DNA from: a virus
Lineage: Duplodnaviria > Caudoviricetes
IMG/VR virus record: IMGVR_UViG_3300036770_007637
Coordinates: 1-59,555 of that record
Strand: one strand, 5' to 3'
Length of the DNA: 59,555 nucleotides
A program made the position numbers and the translations under genes. Under the pieces are notes generated by a model. That model ran no database searches. It was not told the DNA's origin and was given only the letters and a program-made list of their open reading frames with translations. This document shows positions 30,189 through 39,303 of this stretch, one piece after another; position 1 is the stretch's first letter; each line of letters begins with the position of its first letter.

Positions 30189-30407
30189 TTACCGGCGGCG
30201 TGTGATACGGCCTTTGGTTAGATCATATGTGGATACTTCTATTTCCACCCGGTCTCCCAGCAGGATCTTGATGTTGTTCATGCGCATTTTGCCGGAAATG
30301 ATGCCGATGATGGGATTCTCCCACCCATCTATCAGCACACGGAACATCGCGTTGGGCAGTACTTCCATGATCTGCCCTTCTAGTTTTACACCTTCTTCTT
30401 TAGCCAA
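30189..30407 (-). CDS. infA: Translation initiation factor IF-1
   Basis: [34 protein letters not shown]. Confidence 0.95.
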   Translation of the reverse strand: MAKEEGVKLEGQIMEVLPNAMFRVLIDGWENPIIGIISGKMRMNNIKILLGDRVEIEVSTYDLTKGRITRRR

Positions 30408-30732
30408 TTGTGAACTCTATCCTTTTCATTCTATCCCACCGGAAACTGCGCCACTCACCTTTTTCGGTATCCCAAACCACGCATATATCTGGGTTGGGTC
30501 TGCGCTCGGTGGATTTATTTACTTGCGCCGGAATAACGCTCTCAGATAATGTGCAGTTCATCACACGGGTTTCACCGGTAGCCTTGGTGAACTCAATGGT
30601 GGCCTGCCGTTCGCGCAACAGTCCTTTGACCCATTGACGCATCTCTTCGCGCTCTTCTTCTGAAGCGTGGACATAGTAGCTAGCGGGTTCTCCAGATATT
30701 TCGCTCCAGGTCTTGAGTTGATCAGTGTTCAT
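30400..30732 (-). CDS. WYL-like/SH3-fold protein
   Basis: [27 protein letters not shown]. Confidence 0.7.
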   Translation of the reverse strand: MNTDQLKTWSEISGEPASYYVHASEEEREEMRQWVKGLLRERQATIEFTKATGETRVMNCTLSESVIPAQVNKSTERRPNPDICVVWDTEKGEWRSFRWDRMKRIEFTIG

Positions 30733-30971
30733 TGTTGTTCCTCGGGTAAAAGATAAGGTGTGGTTTTGGGTATGTGCGCGGACCAGCCTGCCATGAACAG
30801 CAAACGATCTTGCTCGTCCTGGAAGATGAAATCCATGTAATTTTCGTCTACATGGGTCTGATATCGGTCAGAATTGGGCAGTCCAAACACTTCTACGCAA
30901 CGGGCCAGCATTTCGTTCCAGCGTTCATTGTAGTCACCGGGACTCCAGTTGATACGGGCAGGGTATTTCAT
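30729..30971 (-). CDS. Small hypothetical protein (FxD motif family)
   Basis: C-terminal FIFQDEQDRLLFMAGW. Confidence 0.6.
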   Translation of the reverse strand: MKYPARINWSPGDYNERWNEMLARCVEVFGLPNSDRYQTHVDENYMDFIFQDEQDRLLFMAGWSAHIPKTTPYLLPEEQQ

Positions 30972-31381
30972 CGACGCATGTGAGCTATTTCTACCGCTTC
31001 TTCATCTGAAAAGATAGGAACGGCATTTGACTTGTGCAAGGTACCGATGCCTTTGACTTTGGTACCTGTGTACACTTTGGGTGCAGGTGCGGTGGCCACA
31101 CCCATGCCAGAATCTCGGCTGGGTATGTTTTGTGGCTCACGTCCGGGCGGATATTTAGGTCCAGATTGCAGGGGACGGAATGCACCCCGCGGCATCTCTT
31201 GGGCAGGATATTTTTTCGTGGAGAACCTAGGAGCCAGTTTATCCCAACTCCGTTGCAGTTCTTCCCACTCGCGAGCCTGTTGCTCGGCTCGTTGTTTGGC
31301 TTCACTGCTGGCCCACTTCTTGTGGGGCTTTTTCGAATATTTCGTGGTGGTCATCCACGGGCCTTCAAGATGCATGGTCAT
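30968..31381 (-). CDS. Hypothetical phage protein
   Basis: YTGTKVKGIGTLHKSNAVPIF motif. Confidence 0.65.
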   Translation of the reverse strand: MTMHLEGPWMTTTKYSKKPHKKWASSEAKQRAEQQAREWEELQRSWDKLAPRFSTKKYPAQEMPRGAFRPLQSGPKYPPGREPQNIPSRDSGMGVATAPAPKVYTGTKVKGIGTLHKSNAVPIFSDEEAVEIAHMRR

Positions 31382-31483
31382 CGTTTGTCTCCAACAGATC
31401 GTTTACTGAAATCACAGAGTTTGTGATAGCCCATCACATAGCAACCACAGTGCTGCCCCAATATCTTACGGGCTAACCATAGT

Positions 31484-31738
31484 CTAAACTTTAGCATTTT
31501 TTTCCTGTTCGTAGGCCATGACCATTCGGGTCAAGGATTCCATCTCTTTGATTATAACATCGGGCGATTTTTCGGCCAACCGCTCCAGATCATAATCTCC
31601 CGGATAGTGCCGGAGCAATCGATAGGCTTCGGCTCTGACCGCACGTGGCACACGCGGATAGATGGTGCGATCCTGCAGATCTCGCAAGAACTGCCGGGTC
31701 TGTCGGATGGCGCGATAGCGTTCGTCAGGTAGCGTCAT
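31484..31738 (-). CDS. Hypothetical protein (BPSL0761-like)
   Basis: MTLPDERYRA..PRVPRAVR..LLRHYP. Confidence 0.6.
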   Translation of the reverse strand: MTLPDERYRAIRQTRQFLRDLQDRTIYPRVPRAVRAEAYRLLRHYPGDYDLERLAEKSPDVIIKEMESLTRMVMAYEQEKNAKV

Positions 31739-32076
31739 TTCTTTTGATCAAGTCGGTCGATGGATGCCTGTACAGCATCTAGGAAATTCTGTGCCACATC
31801 TCGTTTCAAGATGATGGTACCGGCCATGCGGCTCGAACCTGTGAATAGAATGCGGAAGGCCTCTCGGAAACGATTGAATCCCGATTCCCAGACAGGTGTG
31901 TACAGTTCTTTGTACAAGGTCAGGGTGATCTCATTGACTTCCTGGTCTGTTTCAACTTCGATCCATACGTCGAGATCATGGTCGAAACTATGACATTCGC
32001 AGGCCAAACGGTAAGCGTCGGCATCAGACCATTCGCCGGTTTTCATGATCATTTTTGCGGGTTGATTTTTATCCAT
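31735..32076 (-). CDS. Hypothetical protein
   Basis: CxC..H motif; directly after sigma70 promoter. Confidence 0.6.
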   Translation of the reverse strand: MDKNQPAKMIMKTGEWSDADAYRLACECHSFDHDLDVWIEVETDQEVNEITLTLYKELYTPVWESGFNRFREAFRILFTGSSRMAGTIILKRDVAQNFLDAVQASIDRLDQKK

Positions 32077-32082
32077 ACAAGT

Positions 32083-32111
32083 ATTTTACACGGAAAAGAT
32101 TTATTGGTCAA
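32083..32111 (-). promoter_or_regulatory. Early sigma70-type promoter (leaderless)
   Basis: TTGACC-17 nt-TAAAAT, 6 nt then ATG. Confidence 0.7.
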
Positions 32112-32371
32112 CCACAGAGATCTGGATGTTTGAGACGGAAAATGGTCTCATTGTGCGGGTCTCGGAATTCCAGAAATGCCCGGATAGTGGTGGCATGAGC
32201 GGCAGTTCGGAAATGATCTGTGCGGATCTCCCAACCCGGTCCGGTCCAACGTGCTTTGCTTATGGCTCCCATACCGATCTGTCGACCTGTATTTTTGGTC
32301 TCTACTGGACCTAACCAGTCGCTCAATATCACTATGGCCTGATCGATCGATGCGTAATCAAGATTTATCAT
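32108..32371 (-). CDS. Small hypothetical protein
   Basis: Start MINLDY; C-terminal EFRDPHNETIFRLK. Confidence 0.55.
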   Translation of the reverse strand: MINLDYASIDQAIVILSDWLGPVETKNTGRQIGMGAISKARWTGPGWEIRTDHFRTAAHATTIRAFLEFRDPHNETIFRLKHPDLCG

Positions 32372-33125
32372 CGAAAGTGCAGACCGGGATAGGCTGCATC
32401 TTGTGCATGTTGCGGGCACGGATTTCCTGATAGCGCCGGAGATTTTTCTTGAGTTCTTTGTTGTCGCACTCTAGCTCGCCCGAATCTATCAGCATGGCCA
32501 CTTCTAGGTCAGCATAGCTCATGCCCAATTGATCCTCATCTGTCCGACCGTCGTCCCATAGTCCGTCTGTAGGTGCAGCCGTGATGATCTCTTCTATGAT
32601 GCCCAGTTCGCGACCCATGGCCCACACATCGGTCTTCATGCAGTCACCGATAGGGCTAATATCTACACCACCATCGCCATACTTGGTAAAAAAACCCACA
32701 CCAAAATCTTCCACGCGGTTACCGGTACCTACCACGATGCCACCTTCGTCCTGTGCGATCTGATAGAGACACATCATCCTCAGTCGACTGCGGCTGTTGG
32801 CCAGACCCAAGGCCGATGCACCATCCCAGATGCGTTCAAATTGCCGGAACGTGGGTGTGAGATCCACCATACGATGTCGCGCATTTTCAAAATTTTCCAC
32901 CAGCCACTGGCCTTGTGCTACGCTAAGGCTATGTGTTTTTTTGCTCTGATGGATAGGCATGCTCACGGCGATGGTAGGCAACCCAGTGCGAGCACACAAG
33001 GCCGATACTACTGCAGAGTCTATGCCACCACTGACTCCTACCACAAGAGCCTTGATCTTGTTTTTGGTAGCATAGGATTTGATCCATTTCGTGATATAAT
33101 TGATTCGTTGTTTGGGTGTGATCAT
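32358..33125 (-). CDS. nadE: NH3-dependent NAD+ synthetase
   Basis: GVSGGIDS, NSRSRLRM, GTGN, GFFTKYGDGG, PTDGLW, TDEDQLG. Confidence 0.93.
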   Translation of the reverse strand: MITPKQRINYITKWIKSYATKNKIKALVVGVSGGIDSAVVSALCARTGLPTIAVSMPIHQSKKTHSLSVAQGQWLVENFENARHRMVDLTPTFRQFERIWDGASALGLANSRSRLRMMCLYQIAQDEGGIVVGTGNRVEDFGVGFFTKYGDGGVDISPIGDCMKTDVWAMGRELGIIEEIITAAPTDGLWDDGRTDEDQLGMSYADLEVAMLIDSGELECDNKELKKNLRRYQEIRARNMHKMQPIPVCTFDDKS

Positions 33126-33586
33126 AATTCTACCGGGGGCATTTTCTTGAGTGTGGACCACATCTGTGATTTCTCTCGGCATTCGGCCAGCTTGGCTTCG
33201 TATTGTTCGCGCAAGATTCTGAGTTCGTCCCACTCTTTCTCCATCTCTTCGCTGACCTGCAGGATGTTGAGACGATCGCGGATTTCTCGCAACATGCCCA
33301 CCACGCTCTCACCATTGATCTCGATATCAGCGTTTTCGCCGTTGAGAGTGAGCTTGCCGGAGTTAGTGGGAGCAATCAGGTCGGAATCTGCGATCGTCCA
33401 AGAAGGACTGGTGTTGGTCCAACTGGGAGAGATAGATATCGTGTTGTGATTGTTTGGGTAGGTGTAAGTGGTACTGTCCCAGATGCCTGTGTATCCACCA
33501 GTTATCGATGTTGTCGTGTTATCATTGAGACTGATGGTGATATCATCGAAGTCGAGATTCAGCTGATCGTCTTTCGTATGGTCCAT
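33122..33586 (-). CDS. Hypothetical phage protein
   Basis: T/S-rich N-part; ADIEINGES..IRDRLNIL coiled coil. Confidence 0.65.
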   Translation of the reverse strand: MDHTKDDQLNLDFDDITISLNDNTTTSITGGYTGIWDSTTYTYPNNHNTISISPSWTNTSPSWTIADSDLIAPTNSGKLTLNGENADIEINGESVVGMLREIRDRLNILQVSEEMEKEWDELRILREQYEAKLAECREKSQMWSTLKKMPPVEL

Positions 33587-33720
33587 GATCCGTCCTGGTT
33601 ATCGATCCATTCTAGTGGATCACCGATCTGCCAACCTAACTCTGTCAGCATCTCGTCAGAAAACTGGAGATAATGATCTCCAGTTTCCGTATCTTCTTGC
33701 ACTTCCAGTGTAAATCTCAT
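33559..33720 (-). CDS. AbrB/SpoVT-like small DNA-binding protein
   Basis: LQFSDEMLTELGWQIGDPLEW. Confidence 0.65.
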   Translation of the reverse strand: MRFTLEVQEDTETGDHYLQFSDEMLTELGWQIGDPLEWIDNQDGSWTIRKTIS

Positions 33721-34388
33721 TCTCGGTTGCCGAATAACTGCAACATACTGACAAAGATATTGATAAAGTTGATGTAGAGACTCAAAGCCGCGAACCATTG
33801 CATGCGACCGATCTCGTCGGCACTGGCACTCCAGAACATGTCGCGGATACGGTTCATATCATAGGCAGTGAGTCCCAGGAAGATCAGGATGGTCAACACG
33901 TTTAGAGTCATCTGTAGTGCAGTTGATTCCACGAACATGTTCACGACGGATGCGATGATGATGCCGATCACGCCAGCAAACAAGAATGGTCCCCATCCGG
34001 AGATATCTCGCTTGGTAAAGTATCCCCATCCAGCCAAGGCTGCGAAGCTCACAGTGGTACCCACAAGAGCCTGTGCGATTGATGCCGAAGTGAACACAGC
34101 GAACAAAAGACTCAAACTCAAGCCCATCACAGCCGCAAAGGCAAAGAACCAAGTCTTGATCGTGCCTTCTGCCATGTCCTGACCTTTCCAAGCCAGGAAT
34201 AGGCTCATGGCCAAGGGCGCAAAGATAATCACATAGCCCAGGGCGCTGGAAAACAGCACAGGCACCAGGCCCAGACTGTTGACCACAGCGGCCAAAACCA
34301 AGGTAGCGAAAACACCAGTGGCCATACGACCCAACACACCGGCTACCGCAGTGTTGAGGCTTTCAGCGGCCGAAACATTGAGATTCAT
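33717..34388 (-). CDS. Bax inhibitor-1/YccA family membrane protein
   Basis: About 7 TM helices; LTAYD; ALSLYINFINIF. Confidence 0.88.
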   Translation of the reverse strand: MNLNVSAAESLNTAVAGVLGRMATGVFATLVLAAVVNSLGLVPVLFSSALGYVIIFAPLAMSLFLAWKGQDMAEGTIKTWFFAFAAVMGLSLSLLFAVFTSASIAQALVGTTVSFAALAGWGYFTKRDISGWGPFLFAGVIGIIIASVVNMFVESTALQMTLNVLTILIFLGLTAYDMNRIRDMFWSASADEIGRMQWFAALSLYINFINIFVSMLQLFGNRE

Positions 34389-34400
34389 TGTTGATACTCC

Positions 34401-34592
34401 TTACTTGGCTGCGGCCATGGCTTCTTTTTCCGCAGTGATTTCTTTGCGGCGCTCTTTGATAGCCTTTGACATCTCCTGCAGAGCTTTGCGAGCTCGAGCA
34501 GCCGCGGCTTTGACACCTTTCTGTGTGAACTTTTCGTTCTCTGCCACATAGGTCTCGAAAGCGGTTTTGATTGCGTCATGATTTGCTGACAT
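34401..34592 (-). CDS. Histone H1-like Hc1 family protein
   Basis: EKFTQKGVKAAAARARKALQEM..RKE. Confidence 0.7.
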   Translation of the reverse strand: MSANHDAIKTAFETYVAENEKFTQKGVKAAAARARKALQEMSKAIKERRKEITAEKEAMAAAK

Positions 34593-34594
34593 TA

Positions 34595-34774
34595 TTACTC
34601 TCCTTGGTTGAAATATTGTCGTCTGAGCTCCTGTTGACGCTCATAGTTTTCTTGGATACGAGAACGTAGCGTCTCGGGATCAGAGGTCGTTTTGAGTTCT
34701 TGATGCATGGCCAGATATTGGCTCATCAACGATTTGATCTCTTGGGCTAGTTGCTTTTTTTGTTCGTCATTCAT
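34595..34774 (-). CDS. Small coiled-coil hypothetical protein (59 aa)
   Basis: Manually found ORF MNDEQKKQLAQEIK after a promoter. Confidence 0.55.
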   Translation of the reverse strand: MNDEQKKQLAQEIKSLMSQYLAMHQELKTTSDPETLRSRIQENYERQQELRRQYFNQGE

Positions 34775-34785
34775 AATTTACTGTT

Positions 34786-34814
34786 ATTATGTATGCAGTT
34801 TTAGAAAATGTCAA
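34786..34814 (-). promoter_or_regulatory. Sigma70-type promoter
   Basis: TTGACA-17 nt-CATAAT. Confidence 0.65.
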
Positions 34815-34820
34815 CGATTT

Positions 34821-35102
34821 TTACCACCAACCGTAGGCTCTTCCTAATCCAAAAGCATTGATTATGATAAAATAAGCAGTGAGCATCATGGGCCATGGTA
34901 GTCCCCGGCGATAGTATCCCCAACAACCGGTAGCGGCGCCAATCATGAATATAGGGTACACTATAGTCATATCAGGATTTTGGGCAGTCACGGCCAACAG
35001 TGCGCTTCCGCCCACAGTAAAGATGAAACTGGTTATCTCTAGGTAAAAAGCTCGGGGGTCAGATCGAAAACTGGCACTCCAGAATTCTCGGAATTTTTGC
35101 AT
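34821..35102 (-). CDS. Small 3-TM membrane protein
   Basis: Three hydrophobic helices in 93 aa. Confidence 0.65.
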   Translation of the reverse strand: MQKFREFWSASFRSDPRAFYLEITSFIFTVGGSALLAVTAQNPDMTIVYPIFMIGAATGCWGYYRRGLPWPMMLTAYFIIINAFGLGRAYGWW

Positions 35103-35327
35103 CTAATTGATTTCTATGTGCCGACGATTCCAGCAATCCCATATTGTGATCTGGCGCCAATCTCTTGTCCAGGTCAAACGGAATCTTTCGAACATGTTGT
35201 GATTATATATGTGTAGTTTGTTGCCTTCAACATGTTTTGTGTCGGCACCATTGGCCCGGGCCCAGGTCAAGAGCTCGCTGTTGGCTTGTGATCCTCGATA
35301 GATCACGGTATAAATCGGTTCGGGCAT
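35103..35327 (-). CDS. Hypothetical protein
   Basis: 74 aa tiled ORF. Confidence 0.55.
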   Translation of the reverse strand: MPEPIYTVIYRGSQANSELLTWARANGADTKHVEGNKLHIYNHNMFERFRLTWTRDWRQITIWDCWNRRHIEIN

Positions 35328-35330
35328 GGT

Positions 35331-35597
35331 CTAGTGTAATGTGGTACCGGGTGGTACAGCGACGTCTAGTGCTATGTCTTGTTCTATATCTTCTAGCTCT
35401 GTTTCAAATTCAGGCCCCAACACCATGATCTCATCATCGTGTTGTGCGGCACTCTCTTCATCGATTCCTACCACACGCATGAGTCCACCCACATGGATTT
35501 CGGTGATGCCATGATGGTAAAGCACGGCGCAGATAGATGTCACAAGTTTACGGACTTCTTGTTCTAATAGAATTTCGTCCCAGGATTCTTTTTCCAT
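35331..35597 (-). CDS. Acidic hypothetical protein
   Basis: TAAATA 6 nt before ATG; ends PPGTTLH. Confidence 0.6.
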   Translation of the reverse strand: MEKESWDEILLEQEVRKLVTSICAVLYHHGITEIHVGGLMRVVGIDEESAAQHDDEIMVLGPEFETELEDIEQDIALDVAVPPGTTLH

Positions 35598-35612
35598 CAA
35601 GATTATTTAGCC

Positions 35613-35638
35613 AAAAAGAAAGCGGCCGAAGCCGCTTT
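35613..35638 (-). terminator. Rho-independent terminator
   Basis: AAAGCGGC-TTCG-GCCGCTTT followed by CTTTTT. Confidence 0.8.
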
Positions 35639-35664
35639 GTGGGAGAGTCGAGCTCTCAGCCTGC

Positions 35665-36006
35665 TTAGGCGTTGGTGCTTTCAGCGTCGGCTTTGATAGT
35701 GGCCTTGACCACTTTCGAGGGCTTGACGGCCACCTTGACTTCGGCTCGCTTGGCGAGCTTGGTCTTCTCGGCCAGTTTGTTGGCGATGGCATAGCCAGCA
35801 TCGCCAGCGGCACCCTTCTCCTGCAGGAACTGCAGGGCCTCGAGCTTGGTCATGGCACGGGGAAGTTCCATGAGCTCGATGTTGGAGCAACCAGCCTTGG
35901 TCAGGATCTTGACACGGGCCACGAGGTCGTTAGCGAAACGAGCCTTGGTGGTACCATCAGGATTGGTTGCGGTGCCAGCTACGGTAAAGAGTTTGTCAGT
36001 TGCCAT
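35665..36006 (-). CDS. Hypothetical protein with Lys/Ala-rich tail (possible nucleic-acid binder)
   Basis: Monocistronic with own promoter and terminator; FTVAG..KARFAND..ELPRAMTK. Confidence 0.7.
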   Translation of the reverse strand: MATDKLFTVAGTATNPDGTTKARFANDLVARVKILTKAGCSNIELMELPRAMTKLEALQFLQEKGAAGDAGYAIANKLAEKTKLAKRAEVKVAVKPSKVVKATIKADAESTNA

Positions 36007-36085
36007 TTTGTGTTGCCTTTCTAAGTTGCCTATAAGAGAAATTTAAACTACTTGTTGCTGTATGCCAATTTCTTAGCATACCATT

Positions 36086-36114
36086 ATTATAGCAAAAGGG
36101 TGTTTATTTGTCAA
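36086..36114 (-). promoter_or_regulatory. Consensus sigma70 promoter
   Basis: TTGACA-17 nt-TATAAT with extended -10 TG. Confidence 0.85.
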
Positions 36115-36454
36115 CCGCTTTTGCCTTCTTTGATTTAGCCATTTTAGCCTGTGGCTTTTTCGCCACAGTTTCAACAGCCTCGTCAAATTGGGTATCCAGC
36201 ACGGTCTGCTGTAGGGCATCGCGCTGACGTTTGAGTTCATGTAGTCCACGACACACCTCTTCGTAGGTAGCCCAGGTGCGATCGAAACGGAGTTGGGCCA
36301 TGTTCTTCACGGCCTCTAGAGCAGAGATCACCACTGCCTGATTGGTGTAGTCAGTACGCACCATCTCGATCACATCGTCGAGATCTTCGACCATGTTCCA
36401 GCATCGCAGGATGCCCTGCTCGAGATCAAAATTCTTTTCAATCACTGGTTCCAT
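36104..36454 (-). CDS. Hypothetical protein
   Basis: FDLEQGILRCWNMVEDL motif. Confidence 0.6.
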   Translation of the reverse strand: MEPVIEKNFDLEQGILRCWNMVEDLDDVIEMVRTDYTNQAVVISALEAVKNMAQLRFDRTWATYEEVCRGLHELKRQRDALQQTVLDTQFDEAVETVAKKPQAKMAKSKKAKAVDK

Positions 36455-36465
36455 TTTTGTTTCCT

Positions 36466-36918
36466 TTACCAACTTGAGTTGTAAAAAACCTTGAGCCCAG
36501 AGAAGAGCTCGGCCCGGGCATTCCGGATGAACTCTAGATCCTGCTCGCGGTAATATTCACTGCTGTCGTCACCAAAGAAGAATCCTCGTGTCGTGGGCAG
36601 TCCACCGTTGCGTACATCATACTCCAATCGGTCCAACATGTCCCAGGTGATCTCTAGTTCCACACCATTGAACATGTCAGAATCCGGATCCACTGGTGCC
36701 GAAGCATCCTGTGGTTGTTCAGGGTATTGATTGCTTCTCCATTCTTGCTCGAACCAACCATGCAGATTCGGATGCTTGCGCCAGTAGGCCAGCTCGCGTG
36801 GTCGGCTTACTTTGGGATTCACATATTCCCGTAAATCTGGATCAAGTTCGGCACCCTCGTAAAACTCATTCTGCTGACCTTTACGGGTGGCCACGTAAGC
36901 GTACATGTCTAGTCCCAT
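36466..36918 (-). CDS. Conserved-type phage hypothetical protein
   Basis: MGLDMY..YWRKHPNLHGW..GFFFG..YNSSW. Confidence 0.7.
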   Translation of the reverse strand: MGLDMYAYVATRKGQQNEFYEGAELDPDLREYVNPKVSRPRELAYWRKHPNLHGWFEQEWRSNQYPEQPQDASAPVDPDSDMFNGVELEITWDMLDRLEYDVRNGGLPTTRGFFFGDDSSEYYREQDLEFIRNARAELFSGLKVFYNSSW

Positions 36919-37253
36919 TATCTAATCCTCACTTCATCTGACATACGATCTGAATAAAATTTGTGTCCAATCCTGCGCACAGTATCTGCCATGGTCTGCG
37001 GACTGTCATTGAAGGCCCGGCACACGTCATCCACTGTGATACCGTCCTCTATCTCCAGCAGATAGATCTCATAGTGGCGTTGTGGATTGGCCTGTGCCCG
37101 TAGTCTCCAATGCATGAGATTGGGTTCTCTAGGAATGTCTCTAGCATCTCGACCTTTCAATGTATCCCAAACCCGCTGTCTGGAAATATCACTGAGATTC
37201 ACAGCGGCTTCCAGTCCGTTGCAATCCCACATCACCGCGATAGTATCACTCAT
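36918..37253 (-). CDS. Hypothetical protein
   Basis: MWDCNGLE..LRAQANPQRHYEIY. Confidence 0.65.
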   Translation of the reverse strand: MSDTIAVMWDCNGLEAAVNLSDISRQRVWDTLKGRDARDIPREPNLMHWRLRAQANPQRHYEIYLLEIEDGITVDDVCRAFNDSPQTMADTVRRIGHKFYSDRMSDEVRIR

Positions 37254-37975
37254 ACAATCCTCACACGGTTGAGCTGAGTGGAATTTTCGCGATGTGCCTT
37301 CACAGTACCACGGATCCGGCACTGGTGGCCATTGCTGAGTCGATCGCGATAACTGAAGAACACCGCCCGCTTGTCTGCTGTGATTCCGGTAATGAAATAC
37401 ACACCATAGTTCTGGCTATACACCGACTTGACCACGGTGATCTCTGTGTCCACTTTAGAACCCACATCGGCCACGGGCTCGGCACTGATACCGTCCATAG
37501 CTCGTTCTAACTGAACAGACTCTTCGTAAGCCTTGATCTGGCTAGGAACCAGAGCCAACTCATAACGGGTGGTCCACTCGTCAAACTCTTCAAGAGCGAC
37601 CATGCCCTGGCAAGCCACTTCGAACTCTTTGACCACGGTACCTTTGAGCGTTTTCATCAGCAGGCTCTTGCTGAGCCAGTCGCGGGCACGATGACCCAGA
37701 TCACGATCTGCTTCGGTGATCAGGCTCTCGTCGTCCAAGGCACGTTTCATGAGATCGCGATTGCGTAGGCGCAGGACTCGGTCAGTCCAGAGCCCTTGAT
37801 CGTCCTTGGCATACTCGGGATCTTTGAGATACTCTCCACTGTTGGTGCGGTAAGCATACGCGGCAGAGGCCCATACAGTCTCGGCAGTCCAGACTACAGG
37901 ACGCTCAGTGGGTGGTCGGCGATTACGATTCACTTGGGCTGAAATGTTATATTTGGGACGATATCTGTTGTACAT
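37250..37975 (-). CDS. Hypothetical protein with probable C-terminal OB fold
   Basis: IRGTVKAH..TQLNRV C-terminus. Confidence 0.6.
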   Translation of the reverse strand: MYNRYRPKYNISAQVNRNRRPPTERPVVWTAETVWASAAYAYRTNSGEYLKDPEYAKDDQGLWTDRVLRLRNRDLMKRALDDESLITEADRDLGHRARDWLSKSLLMKTLKGTVVKEFEVACQGMVALEEFDEWTTRYELALVPSQIKAYEESVQLERAMDGISAEPVADVGSKVDTEITVVKSVYSQNYGVYFITGITADKRAVFFSYRDRLSNGHQCRIRGTVKAHRENSTQLNRVRIV

Positions 37976-37991
37976 GTCTGCTCCGAATTTC

Positions 37992-38038
37992 TACTGTATG
38001 ACTCTATTGTAGCAAATGGGCAAATATTGGTCAACCAC
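37992..38038 (-). repeat. Early promoter cassette copy 1 (47 bp direct repeat)
   Basis: 45/47 identical to 39718-39764; TTGACC-17 nt-TACAAT. Confidence 0.9.
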
Positions 38039-38053
38039 ATGGTTAGTAAGTAC

Positions 38054-38284
38054 TTACTGACCAGGACGGAGACTCTGTGCTATCTTTTGTTCGGCTTCGA
38101 GCGCACGGGCCCGGAGTGCCTGATCTTGCTGTTGCCGGCGACGCCACTCCTGGCGCAACCACCAGCGATAGAGGCGGAAATATTCGCGTTCATCCAGCCG
38201 TTGACCGCCGTTGTAAAGCAATCGCTCTTCGCAATTCTCTATCCAGAGATTGTGTACCCAGCCACGGAATCCAGATGATTTCAT
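38054..38284 (-). CDS. Hypothetical protein
   Basis: 76 aa tiled ORF. Confidence 0.6.
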   Translation of the reverse strand: MKSSGFRGWVHNLWIENCEERLLYNGGQRLDEREYFRLYRWWLRQEWRRRQQQDQALRARALEAEQKIAQSLRPGQ

Positions 38285-38288
38285 ATCA

Positions 38289-38657
38289 TTACTTCCAATC
38301 TATTTTGATGGTTTTCACTACGTTTCTGGCCATCTCATAAAATTCTCTGTTGCTGAGCTCAGCTTTGATCTTGTTGGGTTTCCAGCAGGCTAGTTGGATA
38401 TTCCACCGCACATAACCTGCGGTATTGTAGATGCGATCTATAGTACAGGCATTGGGATTAGTACCGTAACCAAAACTGCCGCCACGAGTGAACTCTAGTT
38501 CCTGTCCAGTAAGAGCACAGCGCCCTTTCTGTTTCTTGAGCAGGTCCATGACATCATAGATATCAATATCAAAATCTAGTCCACGTTCTTCTCGGGCACG
38601 ATATTTGGTTTTTGAAAGAGTGGTTCTCAGAAACTTTTCAGCAGTGATAAGATCCAT
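38289..38657 (-). CDS. HNH/EndoVII-like fold protein
   Basis: QKGRCALTG..TIDRI..GYV..NIQLAC..N..K. Confidence 0.6.
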   Translation of the reverse strand: MDLITAEKFLRTTLSKTKYRAREERGLDFDIDIYDVMDLLKKQKGRCALTGQELEFTRGGSFGYGTNPNACTIDRIYNTAGYVRWNIQLACWKPNKIKAELSNREFYEMARNVVKTIKIDWK

Positions 38658-38658
38658 T

Positions 38659-39093
38659 TTAGCTCCCAGTGACCAGATGGAGTTCGTTGCCGTTCTTCAG
38701 CTCGAACGCTTCGATGAAGATATGATGCATGTCTCCGCTGTTTCGGATGGCCCAGTCGGCGGCACGATAGATGTCGCCCCAGGTGTTGCCAAACACAGGA
38801 ACATGACCACCTTGGTAGACCACAAACGCATCTGACGTGTAGGGATGGTCCCGCAAGAAGCCATGCTCTTCGAGCTCGTACATGGACCAGATGGCTTCGA
38901 GCTTGTGCTCGGCCTTGAATCGACCATAGTAATCCATCTTGCGATCGAAGTCTTGCTCTTCCTGGCGATAAGCGCCTGACAGGGCCTCGCGGATGGCCTC
39001 CACTGTGGCTTCGAGTCCCTTGTTGGGAGCGAAGCAGAGTGCGTTATGGATCCGGGTAAACTCTTCTGCGGTAAGGGTCACTGATGTATTCAC
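38659..39093 (-). CDS. Hypothetical protein
   Basis: SGDMHHIFIEAF..LVTGS; own promoter and GGAG RBS. Confidence 0.65.
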   Translation of the reverse strand: MNTSVTLTAEEFTRIHNALCFAPNKGLEATVEAIREALSGAYRQEEQDFDRKMDYYGRFKAEHKLEAIWSMYELEEHGFLRDHPYTSDAFVVYQGGHVPVFGNTWGDIYRAADWAIRNSGDMHHIFIEAFELKNGNELHLVTGS

Positions 39094-39122
39094 GTCTGGC
39101 TCCTAATTTCTAACTATAGTAT

Positions 39123-39152
39123 ATTATAGCCGAAATACCATTTATTGGTCAA
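39123..39152 (-). promoter_or_regulatory. Early sigma70-type promoter
   Basis: TTGACC-18 nt-TATAAT. Confidence 0.7.
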
Positions 39153-39303
39153 CCGGCTGTTCCAGGGCTTGTAGACGCAGATATTCCTGGTTCAGTTCCG
39201 CGATACGGCGCTCGTTACGGGCATTGGCTTCGAGATCCAGTTCGCCACGCACCTCGCACAGATAGATCAACTCTTCGATCACGTCATTCAGGTTCTTAGC
39301 CAC
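39142..39303 (-). CDS. Small hypothetical protein (53 aa)
   Basis: Manually found; GGAGG + GTG; MAKNLNDVIEELIYL. Confidence 0.6.
   Translation of the reverse strand: MAKNLNDVIEELIYLCEVRGELDLEANARNERRIAELNQEYLRLQALEQPVDQ

Noticed and set aside
33770-33800. tRNA-like GGTTCG..GAGTC text
   Set aside because: Lies inside the YccA coding sequence with no acceptor or anticodon stems.
38289-38657. Mobile homing endonuclease or intron
   Set aside because: Short, lacks the catalytic His (DRI), interrupts no gene and has no intron structure.
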